From: Vicugna vicugna
Lineage: Eukaryota
Assembly (NCBI GenBank): GCA_013265495.1
Contig: MU058793.1
Location: 126,001-190,000, forward strand
DNA length: 64,000 bases
Direction of reading: 5' to 3'
In this document: one piece after another, positions 12,002-24,759 of the stretch
Numbering within the stretch: position 1 is the stretch's first letter
Layout of the letters: each line of letters starts with the position of its first letter
Translations under genes and position numbers: made by a program
Notes under the pieces: model-generated
The model's database searches: none
What the model was told of the DNA's origin: nothing
Seen by the model: only the letters and a program-made list of their open reading frames with translations

Positions 12002-12822
12002 TGTTATGAACTGGATATTTGTGTCCCCCAAAATTCATATTCTGAAACTCCAGCCTCCAGTGGGATGGGATTAGGAGGTGAGGCCTTTGGAAGGTAGTTA
12101 GGTCATGAGGGTGGAGCCCCCACGATGAGATTAATGTCTGTTGGGAAAGGCTGGTCCACATAAGAATGAGCCCTGGGCCAGTAACACTTCCTTACCAAGA
12201 GACACAGGGCCTTCACAGCATTTGCCAAACTGGTCACCTTGGGCAGGAATACCCTTCCCTTTTTCAGACTCAGTGTGTGTTCCTTTGTTCTGCCTCAGCA
12301 AGTGTGTCATGTGACACCTGCCCAGTCTCACTACTGTATCTGTCCTCTTTGGGAAGGAAACAAAGCCCTTCTGCTGCAGCACAAGAGGGCTGTGTGCAGG
12401 CCAAATGCCCTGCGTCTACTGCTGAGAGGGACCTGCTGGCCATGGAGAGACCTGCTGCCCACGGAAGACCAGTGCCCACAACTGAAGCTGATCTTGCTCT
12501 GTCTCTTCTCTATGTCAGTAAAGTTTTATTCTATCCAGTGCTTGCCTGGCTTCTGTTTCCCTTGATGACTCTGATACCAAGAAGCAGTGGGCAAAAGTGT
12601 TCAAACTTCCGCCCCGATAGTAGGCAATAGATGCCACTTGCTAGACAGTGTTCTCTGCCGTGTGAGGATACAATGAGAAGTGGGCGCTCTCTAGACACTG
12701 AATCTGCTGGCACCTTGATCTTGGACTTCACAGTCTCCAAAACTGTAAGAAGTTAAGTGTTTGTTGTTTAAGCCTCCAAGTCTATGGTATTTTTGTTATA
12801 GCAGCTCAAAATGACTGAGACA
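12002..12822 (+). mobile_element. MLT1A-type MaLR LTR, interrupted by a second LTR
   Basis: Starts 'tgttatgaactggatatttgtgtcccccaaaattcatat', ends 'tctatggtatttttgttatagcagctcaaaatgactgagaca'. Confidence 0.9.
12139..12647 (+). mobile_element. Solo LTR of unassigned ERV family nested in MLT1A
   Basis: TG...CA termini, 509 bp, AGTAAA at 12517-12522, degenerate 5-bp flanks atgtc/gtgtt; MLT1A resumes after it. Confidence 0.7.
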
Positions 12823-13860
12823 CCTGTATACGTTTGAGAACAAAAGGAGCAAATCAGTTTTACTGAAAATGTCATCTCCAATCCATTGGTAGTGGCTTCT
12901 CAGAACATGATGCTGAGAAGAGAAACTACATCCAAGTTTAAAACAAAGGAGAGGCCTGAGTGATTAGCAATGTCTGCCATGGGCACTGAAGAGGGAAGCA
13001 ACAAGTACGTCTGCCATATTTTGCTGATCCTAGTTGAGAATTACACTTCACTTGTTCTACTTGTTTACTATTCTAGTTTCTTATGGAAAGGAACCATTAC
13101 TTGTCTTTAATCCTCCAGAACTGAACTTAAGCACATCTTGGTGCTCAATGTAGATTCATTCATTAAACTGACTAAGTTAAAATGGCCTCCATCAGCCAAG
13201 ATCATGATGTAACAAGAGCAAGAATAACAACAGAAACCACAACATGTTTTGGTTTTTATGAACATGATTTGAATCTGAGATGTGCAAATTCTGCATGATG
13301 TGCAACCTTACCTCCCCAAAAGAATTCAATAAAGCAGCATTTTTTCCCCATGGAATGATCTCTCTCTCCCATCCCCTTACTTTTTGTTGAAAATCACATT
13401 TGAACGCTGTGTCTTCTCATGCATCTTCAAGACTTATTCATGAGTCACAGCTGAATGCTCTACGTATTGTATTTATGTGAACAAACACGCATTAAAAAAA
13501 AAAGAATCAGTTCCATTATCTAGATAGATAGATATGTGTTTGTCAGCATCTGGGAAAATATCCATCCAGGATGGTGTGAGTATTCAGCCACTCTTTTAAA
13601 AACATCAGTCAAGCATCATAAGACATAAAAATACAGCAGAAGCAATGACCTTTATGCATGTCTTACTTCCTATTATCTATACACTGTGAAGTAGAAACAA
13701 GTTGATATTGGAAATCTCTATAATATCAGTTTAAAAGCTATTTATTTCAAATGTATTCTGTTTGGTGCACCCACCATAATTTTATTAATAGTGGCAATGA
13801 TTGAGGCATTATTCAAGGGAATTCTAACAGGTATTCATTCACTCTGCCCCACTACCCTCA

Positions 13861-13875
13861 ACATACACGCGCGCA

Positions 13876-13916
<41 letters not shown>
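13861..13916. repeat. (CG)/(CA)n compound microsatellite
   Basis: acatacacgcgcgcacgcgc(ac)n gt; unbroken purine-pyrimidine alternation. Confidence 0.95.
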
Positions 13917-13917
<1 letters not shown>

Positions 13918-14609
13918 CTTTTGAGAAGAATCACAGGACTCTGTTTCTTTTCCCCCTCCAAACAAGGGATCCTATGCTTACTTAAAATATTATTAAATTT
14001 CTGAAACTTTATCAGGAGTATAGCATCTTCAAGGGACATAGCTTTCATAGTAATTATACAAGCTTTGTAATCTTTCAAATGACTCATCCAGAGTGATTAA
14101 TTTACCCTTTCATTCTCTAAAAGGCAGACGGCACTTAGAACAACAACAAAAATAAAGGAGCTTTATTTTGGGCAGAAATTTTCCTAGGATTATTCTTTAA
14201 ATGTAGGTCATATTATATTGGTGATCCAGCCAAACTTAATTCCTGCTACCACTCCTATCAACACTGAATGACTCCCAATATTAGAATAACTGCTGGCAGA
14301 AACACTGTTAATGATACTTCATGAAAAAAAAAAGGATAATTTAGAATACAAACTTTTGCAGTTAATAAAGCGTGTGCCAGTTGGCCTTCTAATATTATCC
14401 ATCTTAAAAAAAATCCACTGACAATAAAAGTGCTCTGCCTTCTTTGCAACAGAAATCATGACACAATTTTCCCACTAACTGCCTGAACACTTTGTAATGC
14501 ATGTGTGTGAGCTGCCATTGATCTTCCTTAAGCCAAAAGCATAAGAGAGTCAAAATGTGCTGTTTTCTAAACCAAGCATAAGCTTACAAAATTATCTCAT
14601 GTCATCAAC

Positions 14610-15105
14610 ACTTAGTTTCCTATTGCCACTGTAACAAATTACTACAAGCTTAGTGATTTAAAAAAAAGCCAGATTTATTTTCTTATAGTTATGGAGGTCA
14701 GAAGTCTGAAATGAGTCTTACAGTGATAAAACCAAGGTGTTGACAGGATTGGTTTCTTCTGGAGACTCTGAGGACAGAATCTGTTCCTGTGCCTTTTCAG
14801 CTTCTAGTGGTCACCTGAATTCTTTAGTTATTGGCTCCTTCCTCTTCCTTTAAAGCACGTCACTCTAATCTCTGTTTCTGTCATCACATTGCCTGTTCCT
14901 CTTCTGAAGTCAAATCTCCCTCTACCTCTTTCTTATAAAAATATTTTTGATTGGGCCCACCCAAATGATCCAGGATAATCTCCTCATCTCAAGATCATTA
15001 ACTTAATCACATATGCAAAGTCCCTTTCACCATATAAATTAACATTCACAAGTTTCAGGGATTAAGACCTAAATATTTTAGGGAGATATTATCCCATCAA
15101 CCACA
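14610..15105 (-). mobile_element. MLT1D-like MaLR LTR
   Basis: 'ttagtttcctattgccactgtaacaaattactacaagcttagtg...ccaggataatctcctcatctcaagatcattaacttaatcacatatgcaaagtccc...accaca'; 'tcaac' on both sides. Confidence 0.85.
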
Positions 15106-15589
15106 TCAACTAATTCCGTTGTTTGTCAAAATAAAAGGGAAATAGAATTAATTTCTCTTTTAAAATTAGGCATTACTCAGAAAAAGAGTACAGAGAATAG
15201 AAGTAATAATTTGCAAAGAATGTAAGTCTAACCTGTAACATCAAACTCAGTCTTTAATATGGTATTTTAAGCAGTTTCTTGGAAGTGAATAAGGATCAAT
15301 GTTATACAATCAAGAACTTGGAAGCAGAGCCTATGAACCAACAAGGTTTTTACTTGTAAGTAACCAAATCCAACTTCCGCTAAACCTAAGGAGAAAAGAA
15401 ATTCATTAAAGGATTGATGAATCAATGGGAGGCTAGAGGGTTCAGCTCTGACTTTAAGAAAAAAAAAAAAAAACCAACAAGAGACACTGGACATAAAAGA
15501 ACATGACTTAGGTTACACAATAGAAACAGTTTAAATCCTATGATGTTTCTGGACTTTTGCTAAACATATCTGAGTTTTTAAAGCCAAGG

Positions 15590-15770
15590 AGCCTGGGGCT
15601 TCATGTCTTACTAGTAAACTGAGACAAGTTACTAAAATCTCAGCCTTAGTCTCTTCATATGTAAAATGAGTAACATAAGAGTACTCAATACATAAACTCA
15701 TCATGAGGATCAAACGAGATATTATATATAAATTACTTACAACAAACAATGCTTGATACATACTGTTGAA
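15590..15770 (+). mobile_element. MIR SINE
   Basis: 'acaagttactaaaatctcagccttagtctcttcatatgtaaaatgag...tgaggatcaaacgagat'. Confidence 0.75.
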
Positions 15771-17079
15771 AATAAATTGGAAAAATCATCGACCCTTACA
15801 AACCTAATCATGACTCGTTTCTCAGCTGTCCCTGAGCCTTTGCCTCACTTTCCCAAGATTCAAACTCCTGAAGACATCACTTGAATCCATCATTCCCTAG
15901 ATCTTCAAGGACAGAAACAAGAAACATCTTTCCCTTTATTTCCACAGGGAAAGCAAAGCCCTATCTCACCAACTGAGCAGTATCCCTCTAAATAAGAAGA
16001 TGATTTAGACCCTGAATTGAAGATAAAGGAAAGGCAAATGGCACCACAGCTGATATTCACAAGTACAAGGCAAAAATCCAACTCAGAATACGAGCAGGCA
16101 ATTCAAGGTAACACAGAGCCAGGAGCCACATCCAGTGGAAAAATCCAATGGCCACTTGATCATTCCCCTACTTTCTTCTGTTACCTTCATGGCCTTAGAT
16201 CTTTTCTCAATCCTTGTTCACATGGTTACACCTGGATAGAATTTAAAGCTCAATTTTACTTTTTGGTATACATTAAAAAATTAAAACATTAAAAAACATT
16301 ATATAATTTATGGAAGTCTGGTTATTGTACATGTCCACTGGATATTTTTAATTTGGACAAATACTGCTAAAATGGATACATTTCAAATTTGGAGATGAAG
16401 CACATGGTAGGAAATTGAAGAATAGACTTGGTAGGGATCAAAGGAAATTTTACATTCATCTGAAATGATTTTATTATTTTATTAAAAATTTTAAATTAAG
16501 CCTGAAGCAGATATGGAAAAATTTAATAGCAGTTAATTCTGGATGGTGAAAACACATGGTAATCACATTTTTCTAGTTTCTTCTTTTTTAATTTCTCAAA
16601 ACTATTCATACCAAGGTAAGGCATAACAAAATAGCAAGTAGCCACAAAACGTGATTTAAAAGCCCAAGTATTTAGTAATATGTACAAACTCATAAAGTGG
16701 AGAGAAGATAGAATTATTTCCAGTTGTATGAAATGGCATTTAATAAAGAGTTCATTAAATTCACTGAAAGTTGAATTTAAATTCATTAAGTCCAATGAAA
16801 ACAGAAAAGTCATGCAAATGTGAAAAAGACCACACAGCATGGGCGAGGAAAAAGATCTGAATACTAATGACACTGTTTGACATTGTGACAGCTCTTTGTT
16901 CTGCTGTAACACAAAGGCCAAGAGCTCTAGAGAAAAGTGGACTTTTGCTAATGTGGTAGAGTGGAAAACCCCCTGGCCAATGAAGGGCTTTCTGACAAAA
17001 GTGAACCAGGAAGAGGAGCAAGGCAAGAAAGGCCACAACTCATTAAACACTCTACCACAAAGATCATAGCTTAAAACTG

Positions 17080-17230
17080 GAAGAAGTCTTAGAGGATTGT
17101 CTTCATTGCATACAGATGAGAAAACTGAGGCCCAAAGACAGGTGACCGGTGTTATATAACCAGCAACTGGCAGCACAGAACTGGAACCTGGGACTTCTGA
17201 GCTCCTGACCAATGAATCTTAACCCCCTTA
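17080..17230 (-). mobile_element. MIR SINE
   Basis: 'tacagatgagaaaactgaggcccaaagacaggtgac...gaactggaacctgggacttctgagctcc'. Confidence 0.75.
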
Positions 17231-18571
17231 ACACATCATACAAAAGGCCTTGGCATCTGGCCCTGTCCACCTTCCAGTGTCAATCTCCTCCTGTGATCCC
17301 ACGTTCTAGTTTGCATCCCCTAGCAGGGCAACAATTCTCACTCCTCTCTTCCTATGCACAGATGTCCCCTTGTGCTTTGCAAAGAAGGTCAGTGGAGCTC
17401 TCCTCATCCTTCAAGACTGAGCCCCTTCTTTTGATTCCCCTAATTCCCAGTTTGAGCTGGGTTCCCTCACTTATGCTCCCATAATATCCATTACCTCCCC
17501 TTGACATAGCTTTTAGCATTAGCTATGTTCCCTCTCCCATTAGACTGTGACTGTTGGGAGGAGAGAAAACACATCTCTGATCCCCTTTTGAGTGGAGGGA
17601 TTTACTATCAAGATCCTTTTGCATTGTGCGTCTGGGACCTTCCTAGAGAGAGAGTGGAAAAGGCACTACCACAAGAATGATTATGAAAACTTCTAGCTCT
17701 GACACCCTGATACTCTGTCATTATGAATCCCATCCTCCTTTCTAGTTCTGGTTGAGGCACCACTTCCATCTGAAAGCCTTTTCCTCATTAACTCAGTTTG
17801 CAACACCTGATTGGATACTAAACATGCCAACATGATGGCTGTCACTTCTTTTTCACATGGGTGTCTGTCTCTTCAACTAAACCGTTAATTGCTTAAGGAC
17901 GGGAACCACAGGTGGCACTTATCTGTGCCTTTCAGGACTTTTATACAAAAGTATGTAATAAACACTTGTAGATGATAATCCTGTTATTAAAATAATGTTC
18001 CACAGTGGCTCTGTTTTTGTTAGTATCAGGTTAAGAGATGATAAGGAATAAAAAGTGTGTGTACATGTAATCAAGCTTAGAAATAAGTCGATCTAAGTGA
18101 GTCCCTGCTAGTAGCCTAATGTGGCACTAAGCTAGGTGGCACTTTTGATGGTCCAAGAGAGATACTGGGCAGGAATCTGGATAGAACAAAAGAAGGAACA
18201 AAGCAAGGAGTGTTCTTGTTTTTTATGAATCTGTAAGTCTCATATGTATGGTAACCTCTCATGTACTATAAACCTGTTGCTTTTCATATTGTCTCTGGTT
18301 GGGTTATTATTGATAATAAATCATGCAGTTGCATATCCACATTGCCTTGCCTTTTCAGTGGGTAGCAGTGGTACATAAAAGAAGCCATGAGCTGGGAAAA
18401 ATTAGATTCTTGCTCTCCTGCTGCCCTATGTCAGCTGTCTTGGTATCAGAGCCACCCTGCTGCCTGCTCCCTGCTGCCTGTCTTTGTCAATGTTTAAAAG
18501 AGTTGACCTTCCTACAGAGGGAGAGTGTAAAAAGTATAACTATAAATGGCATAAAATGTTTCCATAATCAA

Positions 18572-18854
18572 AATACCATATGATATCACTTATATGTGGA
18601 ATCTTAAAAAAGAAAAAGGAAGACACTAATGAATTCATCTACAAAACAGAAACAGATTCACAGACATAGTAAACAATCTTACAGTTACTGGGGGAAAGGG
18701 AGCGGGAAGGGATAAACTGGGAGTTTGCAATTTGTAAATATAAACTACTATATATAAAAATAGATAAATAATAAGTTTATACTGCATAGCACAGGGAGCT
18801 ATATTCCAAATCTTATAGTAACCTATAATGAAAAAGAATATGTAAACAAATACA

Positions 18855-18889
<35 letters not shown>

Positions 18890-18957
18890 GACTGAAACAT
18901 TATGGTGTACACCAGAAATTTACACATTGTAACTGAGTATACTTCAATAAAAAAAGA
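18572..18957 (+). mobile_element. Young lineage-specific (camelid-type) L1 3'UTR, 5'-truncated
   Basis: 'aaataccatatgatatcacttatatgtggaatct...acattgtaactgagtatacttcaataaaaaaag'; TSD aaaatgtttccataatcaa (18553-18571) / aaaatgattccatgatcaa (18958-18976). Confidence 0.9.
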
Positions 18958-19150
18958 AAAATGATTCCATGATCAATAAATCAGGAAAAATCAAGGTCAG
19001 TTAAACAAGTCTCTTTACTGTAGGACTTCTCAGAGCCTTTAGTATGCAGATAATGTCTCCAAGAAGGGCCTACAATTTATAAGCTTCCCACACTTACGAT
19101 TTCTATTTTGTAGGAGTAGTATTCCATGAAACTTACTTCAAGGAATGCTA
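18958..19150. mobile_element. hAT-Charlie (Charlie4-like) fragment hosting the L1
   Basis: 'ttaaacaagtctctttactgtaggacttctcagagcctttagtatgc...tctccaagaagg'. Confidence 0.55.
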
Positions 19151-20919
19151 TATTAGATCAAATAAAAATCTACGAATGCATTATTACATGCTTAACAGGT
19201 TAAACAAAGTTTGCATAAAATGGAGGGACAAAAGAAAGGCTCTCACCCACCATTAAAATTTGTTGGTTTTTTTGTTTGTTTTTAAACACACTTGTATTAC
19301 GTGATCTACCAGCTAGAAAATAATGTTGTAAACAAGGAAAAGTTATGCCCCATGGAATCATTTTATCTAACATCTCTGTTGATTTCTGGCTCCAATGTTT
19401 CCCCCTTTGAGAGGATCCACATACTCTAGTCTAATTGAGAATTTGATTACTAGCCAATTTAGGATTCTGAGGCTCTACTAGAGATGGCTCAGTTCTTAAA
19501 ACAAACTGAGCCTCTCATTATGTGTTGTTATCAGTGATTATAATGATTGGATAAATGATGCAATTGCTTTCCGTATGTACATCTTGATCAGATTTTTTTT
19601 ATGATAATCCTGTTCATTGGGTCCATTAGGTCTTCCCTCCTCCCACTAAAAAAACAAATCACTCGTGTTTTCTTATACGGATATATATTAAGAAATTATA
19701 TTAACAAGAAAATGAAAAGACTCAACAAATTGAACTTTGATCATTGATTTTGCCCCTGAAAACTAAGCTGCAACTGGTCAACTAAATTTAATGCTCAGAT
19801 GTTCAGCCCAAGTCCTCCCAAGGTCAACAGCATCTTTGTGGGGCAAGCAGAACTGAGCTGTTCTAATGTAATGCAGAAGTATTTTCAAGCAGCATCTGTG
19901 GTGGCAGGTGCTTAGAAGCCACATTGGTCCCCTCTCCAAATCAATGATGTACAGTGGAAAGAGTCTGTTTGGAAATAAATTACAAACCACGAGATACTCC
20001 TTGTTATTAAGTAACATAACCTGAAAATAAAAATAGTACATAGTCTTTTAGCTTGGAATTTCATGTGAACCTGTACCATCCATTATCTGCCCACAGTTCT
20101 TATTTACTATGGATAGTAGTGTTCACACCTACTGAGGTTTAGTTCCTTACATAGTGTTATTTGAATTTTTTTAAACTATACTTACTATGGAAATTTCCAG
20201 ATAAAGCTTAGAGTGATTTTCTTATCTGATTAAAGAATAATATACAACCACTATAGAGAGGTTGGCTGCAAATCTTGCATAATGGCAAACACAAATACCA
20301 TTTTGAAGAAACAGAGATAAAGAAAAAATGGAAAACAAAGTCCAAAATGTGTCACAGGGAATAAATTTCTACCAAGAAATATGCTCTCTTCCAAACTTCA
20401 TATTTATAACCTTGGAAACACATTTTATTTCAAGCAGAAGCAATATAGAAAATGCATTTTACAAGGAAACACATAAACTTATACACACCAACTTTTAAAC
20501 TTTATGGGAGCAGTTCTAGAAGCCTGACATAAAGATGATATCTAGCAAAATAAAAGCTTGAGGAGGTATTAATTGGCCCCAATGGGTCTTCCTTCTGGGG
20601 AAAAGAGAAACTGAAAACTAAGATGAAAGTCTTCCCAAGGCTCATTATATGATTTCTGATTCTGAGTTTTAGTGGCCAGATCATTCTTGTGTCTTTATAA
20701 AATGTTTAGTAACCCTTTCCCTATTATCAAGCAAGGGTACTGATATCTATCCATATATATCTGCCTCAGTCTAGCATTCAAGACCCTCCAGAATTTGGTA
20801 TCACCTCCAGAAGCCAATGTCAGACCCTCATCATCCCTTCCTTCCACAGTCTCAAACCTCTCCTCCACAAGGTCTCCCCATTATGTCCAGTCATAGACCA
20901 GCATACTTCAGCCAGCTCT

Positions 20920-21312
20920 CACAGTTAATGATTAAACATAAGGCACACAAAGCCCAACTCAAAGAGACACTTACTGTATCATGGAACTGAGAATTTCAGA
21001 GTTGAAGTCAGCTTCAGTACAATTTGATGCAGAGATCTCCTTCACTATTTTTCTCTGATTCCCTTGACCATGCCCTGCTCTGTGTTGGCATCATTCTAAA
21101 GATGGCTTCTCTCATGCAGCGGTTCTGGGCTTGAGGGAGAGGGTTTGAGGGGGAGGGATGATGATTGATTCAGGTCATGTGATCCACTCCTAGAAGTAGG
21201 AGTAGAGTAAACTTCCCCAAAACAATGTGGGTCCATAAACAAAAGTCAGGGGCTGTTGAGAAGGTAGAAGTAGAGATGGATTTTTAAAAAGGCAATTACC
21301 AAGCACCTACCA
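20920..21312 (-). mobile_element. Old MaLR LTR (MLT1K/L-like)
   Basis: 'ctctgtgttggcatcattctaaagatggcttctctcatg...caggtcatgtgatccactcctagaagtagg...aaagtcaggggctgtt'. Confidence 0.55.
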
Positions 21313-22714
21313 TAGCATACTTCTCCCTCCACTTTGTACTGTCCCATAACTCCTGTCAATCAAAGCTCGTATCATACATCCTTTGAGGTTCAACTTACAT
21401 ACAACCTCCCCATAAAATCTTTCCCCAGTTACTAGCTCTTTCATCTATCCACTGCTATAATACTTAACATTTCATACTGTACTACCACTACCCAGAGTAC
21501 TGGTTTATACAAACACTTAACTGAGTTTCCATTGTTTATGGATAAAATATTTCATTCTTCTAAGTCTTTAAAGCACTTTGAAGAACAGAGATACCTTTTA
21601 CATCACACACCCCTTATAAATCATAGTATAATATTGGAAACAGGGTAGACACACACAAAGTATGTGTTAACAAACAAAGACTTTCAAACAGATATACCAT
21701 TCATAAAGGTCAAATTTGATCATACTGCTACATTGCTCAAAATTCTATGGCTTCCCATCACCTACAGAGTGAACTCTAGGATCCACAGCATAACAAATTT
21801 GGCAAGATGGTATTTTACAAACTGTAACTCCACTTTTTTCCCTAGCAGTTTTTCATTCTCCACCATTGCCTGGCCCCACTCTCATTAAGTCAGCTAGGCT
21901 ATTTCCACATATATTGCCTCAGGAAAGGGAGGTGAAACCAGGAAGAAAACAGAGGCAGGAAAGGCGGTATTCACTTTTTTTGTTTTCCAAAGGTATAATC
22001 CTTAGACAATTTCTCAACAATAAAATATCCCTCTGTGTTGAAGAGAGAGACAGAAGAGGAGATAAGAGAAGAGAGATTAGTGGGGTTCCAGAGGAAGAGG
22101 GTTAGCCCATAAGGGCCACAGAAACATGGATTATTTCAGAAGAGGACCCCTCCAGGGACATTCACTGTGGGAGCTGAGTGGGCATAAGGTTCCCAATCTC
22201 AACCCAGTGAATGCCTTCCAGAACCACTGCTTCAGAGGCCCTGCCATCTTGCTTACCACCAGCTTCTGGGAAGGACCTCCATTTGCCAATAACTGGTTAG
22301 CTCTGCCTGATGACTGACTAGACCTGAGACTAGATTTTGTTCATTCCTTTTCCACATGTACACAACTCCATGTGGACAAGCCTCTTTGTAGTGTCGAGGG
22401 TAAAGAAGATGAAGCCTGGGCATATCAGGGGTGATATTGATAGTGAAAGTAAATCTTCCCACCATAACCTTTACCCTGGGAAACAACGGGATAAATGAGG
22501 GGTGGAGACCACCAGGACCATGGTTAAAACAAAACGTCCTCTCCCACCATCCCCTCCCCAGTGGCAAAACTGAGTCAAAGATCTGGAATATGGATGGGTC
22601 TTTTTTCTCCCTAGAACCTTTCACTGTTCATCCAGACTTTTTCCTATGTTGAAGGTATGTAAGCGTGATCAAGAAAAAGGTGGGCCACACATTTGACTGC
22701 ATCAGCAGCCATAT

Positions 22715-23020
22715 TCATTCGTTCAATTACTTTCAACACATAATAGGTTTGTCTCCAACAAAATACTTGCCCACTGTGCTAAATGCCAGGAATGAAAAGA
22801 TGAATGAGACCTGATATTTGCCATCAGGAAATCTGCAGACAACACATATACAAACAGATCATTACAGTGACATGCATTAGGGACTGAAGTGAAGCTCTTA
22901 AATGGCGTTAAGGGATTATAACAGAGGAAGAAACTGTAGGGGAGATGGTTTTTGCTCCATGGTAAGAGGTATAAGACATGCATAGAGAAGGGTGAACTAA
23001 CTGCAGAATGGCCAGGTACC
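22715..23020 (-). mobile_element. L2 3' end
   Basis: 'attcattcgttcaa...caacaaaatacttgcccactgtgctaaatgccaggaatgaaaagatgaatgagac'. Confidence 0.7.
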
Positions 23021-24141
23021 AAGTTGCTCTGACACCAAAACGAAGTACCACGTATACCACACATAGGTTACCTACTTTCCATAATGTATTATTAAAATAA
23101 ACAAAACCAAACACAGTTTGGTCTTTCCTCCATGTTTTAAAAGATCTTCCAACATATATCCCCAGTTGAAGGAAATCATAATTACATGCAGTAGTTTTCC
23201 ACCTTCTAGTTAATAAAATTTGGGGGGAATAAGTCAGGCTTTTTCTTGTTTCAAGAGCAAGATTTCTCTATAATGATTCAAATAATAGTAATAATTGAGT
23301 GAAGAAGTTAATCAAAGCTCTTCTTGGAAGGTACAGTCTTCCTAATGTTTATGAGGCAAAATTTAATATGGGAAATGCTGGATAAGGAAAACTCCAAAGA
23401 TGAAGGGGAGGAAGGCCATATGGAGATGGCCGGGGAAGTTACATGCACTGCTTCACCGCATCCAGGCCACTTCTGTGAAAATAATTATTTGGAAACTGAG
23501 GCTTATGCATGAAGTTGTTTATGCCAGAACACACAACCAGCAAATAGAGGGGCTAAATGTAGAACTCCAGTCTCTCTGCCTCTCTCCCCTACAACAGCCT
23601 TCCTCTGCTTAACCTTGTGCTGTCTCTATGAAGCGGGGCAGAAACCACTCATCTCTCTCAGAAGTCTTATAAACAAAAGACACTTTTTGAAGAAAAATAA
23701 AAAGTCACAGTTGTGAGCTGCATTCCTCTGATTCTTTTTAATACCATCCTGTTTTTCACATCCCTGTGTTTTGCCCTCTGGTAGGTTGGGGGCTGATAGA
23801 GAGATCTGTGAATGAAGATGGCTATTTGCAAACCATCCTACTGGGTGCCTAATAAAATGCAAATTGAGACATGGGGAGAAGAGAAGTTCTCTGTCCTTCT
23901 CTTTACAAATAAAGTGTTACATGCCACTTGCAGGGATCAGGAGCACCACGCTGGGGCTGCATCTGCTCTTTCTGACAGCTCCCCAAAGAGCCCTGCTTCT
24001 TCTTTTTTGCAAGCCTGCAAGCTGTTCTTGGAGAGTACAAGAAGAAATCTGCTGCAGAATAAAAACAAGGAAGTTTCTCTGACAAGTGAGAAGAAATTCA
24101 AAATCGTCTAAAAAAAATCAAAAGCTAAAATCTATGATAGT

Positions 24142-24647
24142 AGTCAACTGAAGAAAAACGCACAACCTAAAAGTTGCAAGTTAAGTTTTACTTGGGGACC
24201 TTGCTGAGGACTATAGCCCAGGAGACAGGCTCTACGATAGCTCTGAGGAATTGCTCTGAATAGCTAACAGAAGAGCCAGGGTACATAACAGTTTTTTGGT
24301 TTTTTGCTGAAAAGAAAAAAATATGTAGTCAAACATCAAAAGATTACTGCTAATCACAAGAAGTAGACATCTTAAGTTAATGATTTTCATGCTTTTCTAT
24401 GTATGGAAAAATACAAGAGTCTGAGCTCATTGAAATTATTCCTTAGATATGTATCTTAACTATCTAGGGCCAGTATCCAAAGCACAGAATGCTTCCTGTG
24501 TTTCTCCAGCCCGAATTCCCCTTAGGGCAGGCGTACCATGGAGGAGGGGAGGAAGACACAGTGGCAGATAACTTGATCCTTCTAGAACTGGAATGGCCAG
24601 CAACACTCTTTGTTTACTAGAACGGCAGACAATATTCCCTTTCCGCA
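24142..24647 (-). mobile_element. ERV1 solo LTR, MER41-like (cetartiodactyl type)
   Basis: 'gtcaactgaagaaaaacgcacaacctaaaagttg...gaggactatagcccaggagacag...catcaaaagattactgctaatcac...gggccagtatcc'; 4-bp flanks tagt/tagc. Confidence 0.75.
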
Positions 24648-24759
24648 TAGCAAAACCCAAGCTCATGTTCTCAGTAAAGGGCGTCCTTTTCAGTTGGAAC
24701 AGGAAAGACTGCACACTCATTGACTACCGGGAATATGAGGATATGAGAGAAGTGACCAG

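Noticed and set aside
12166..12630. 154-aa ORF and overlapping ORFs
   Set aside because: Lie within a solo LTR; no gag, pol or env motifs.
16523..17212. Longest ORF (229 aa, minus strand)
   Set aside because: Runs across a MIR, unique DNA and an old L1-like tail; Phe/Leu/Ser-rich composition typical of chance frames in T-rich DNA; no recognisable domain.
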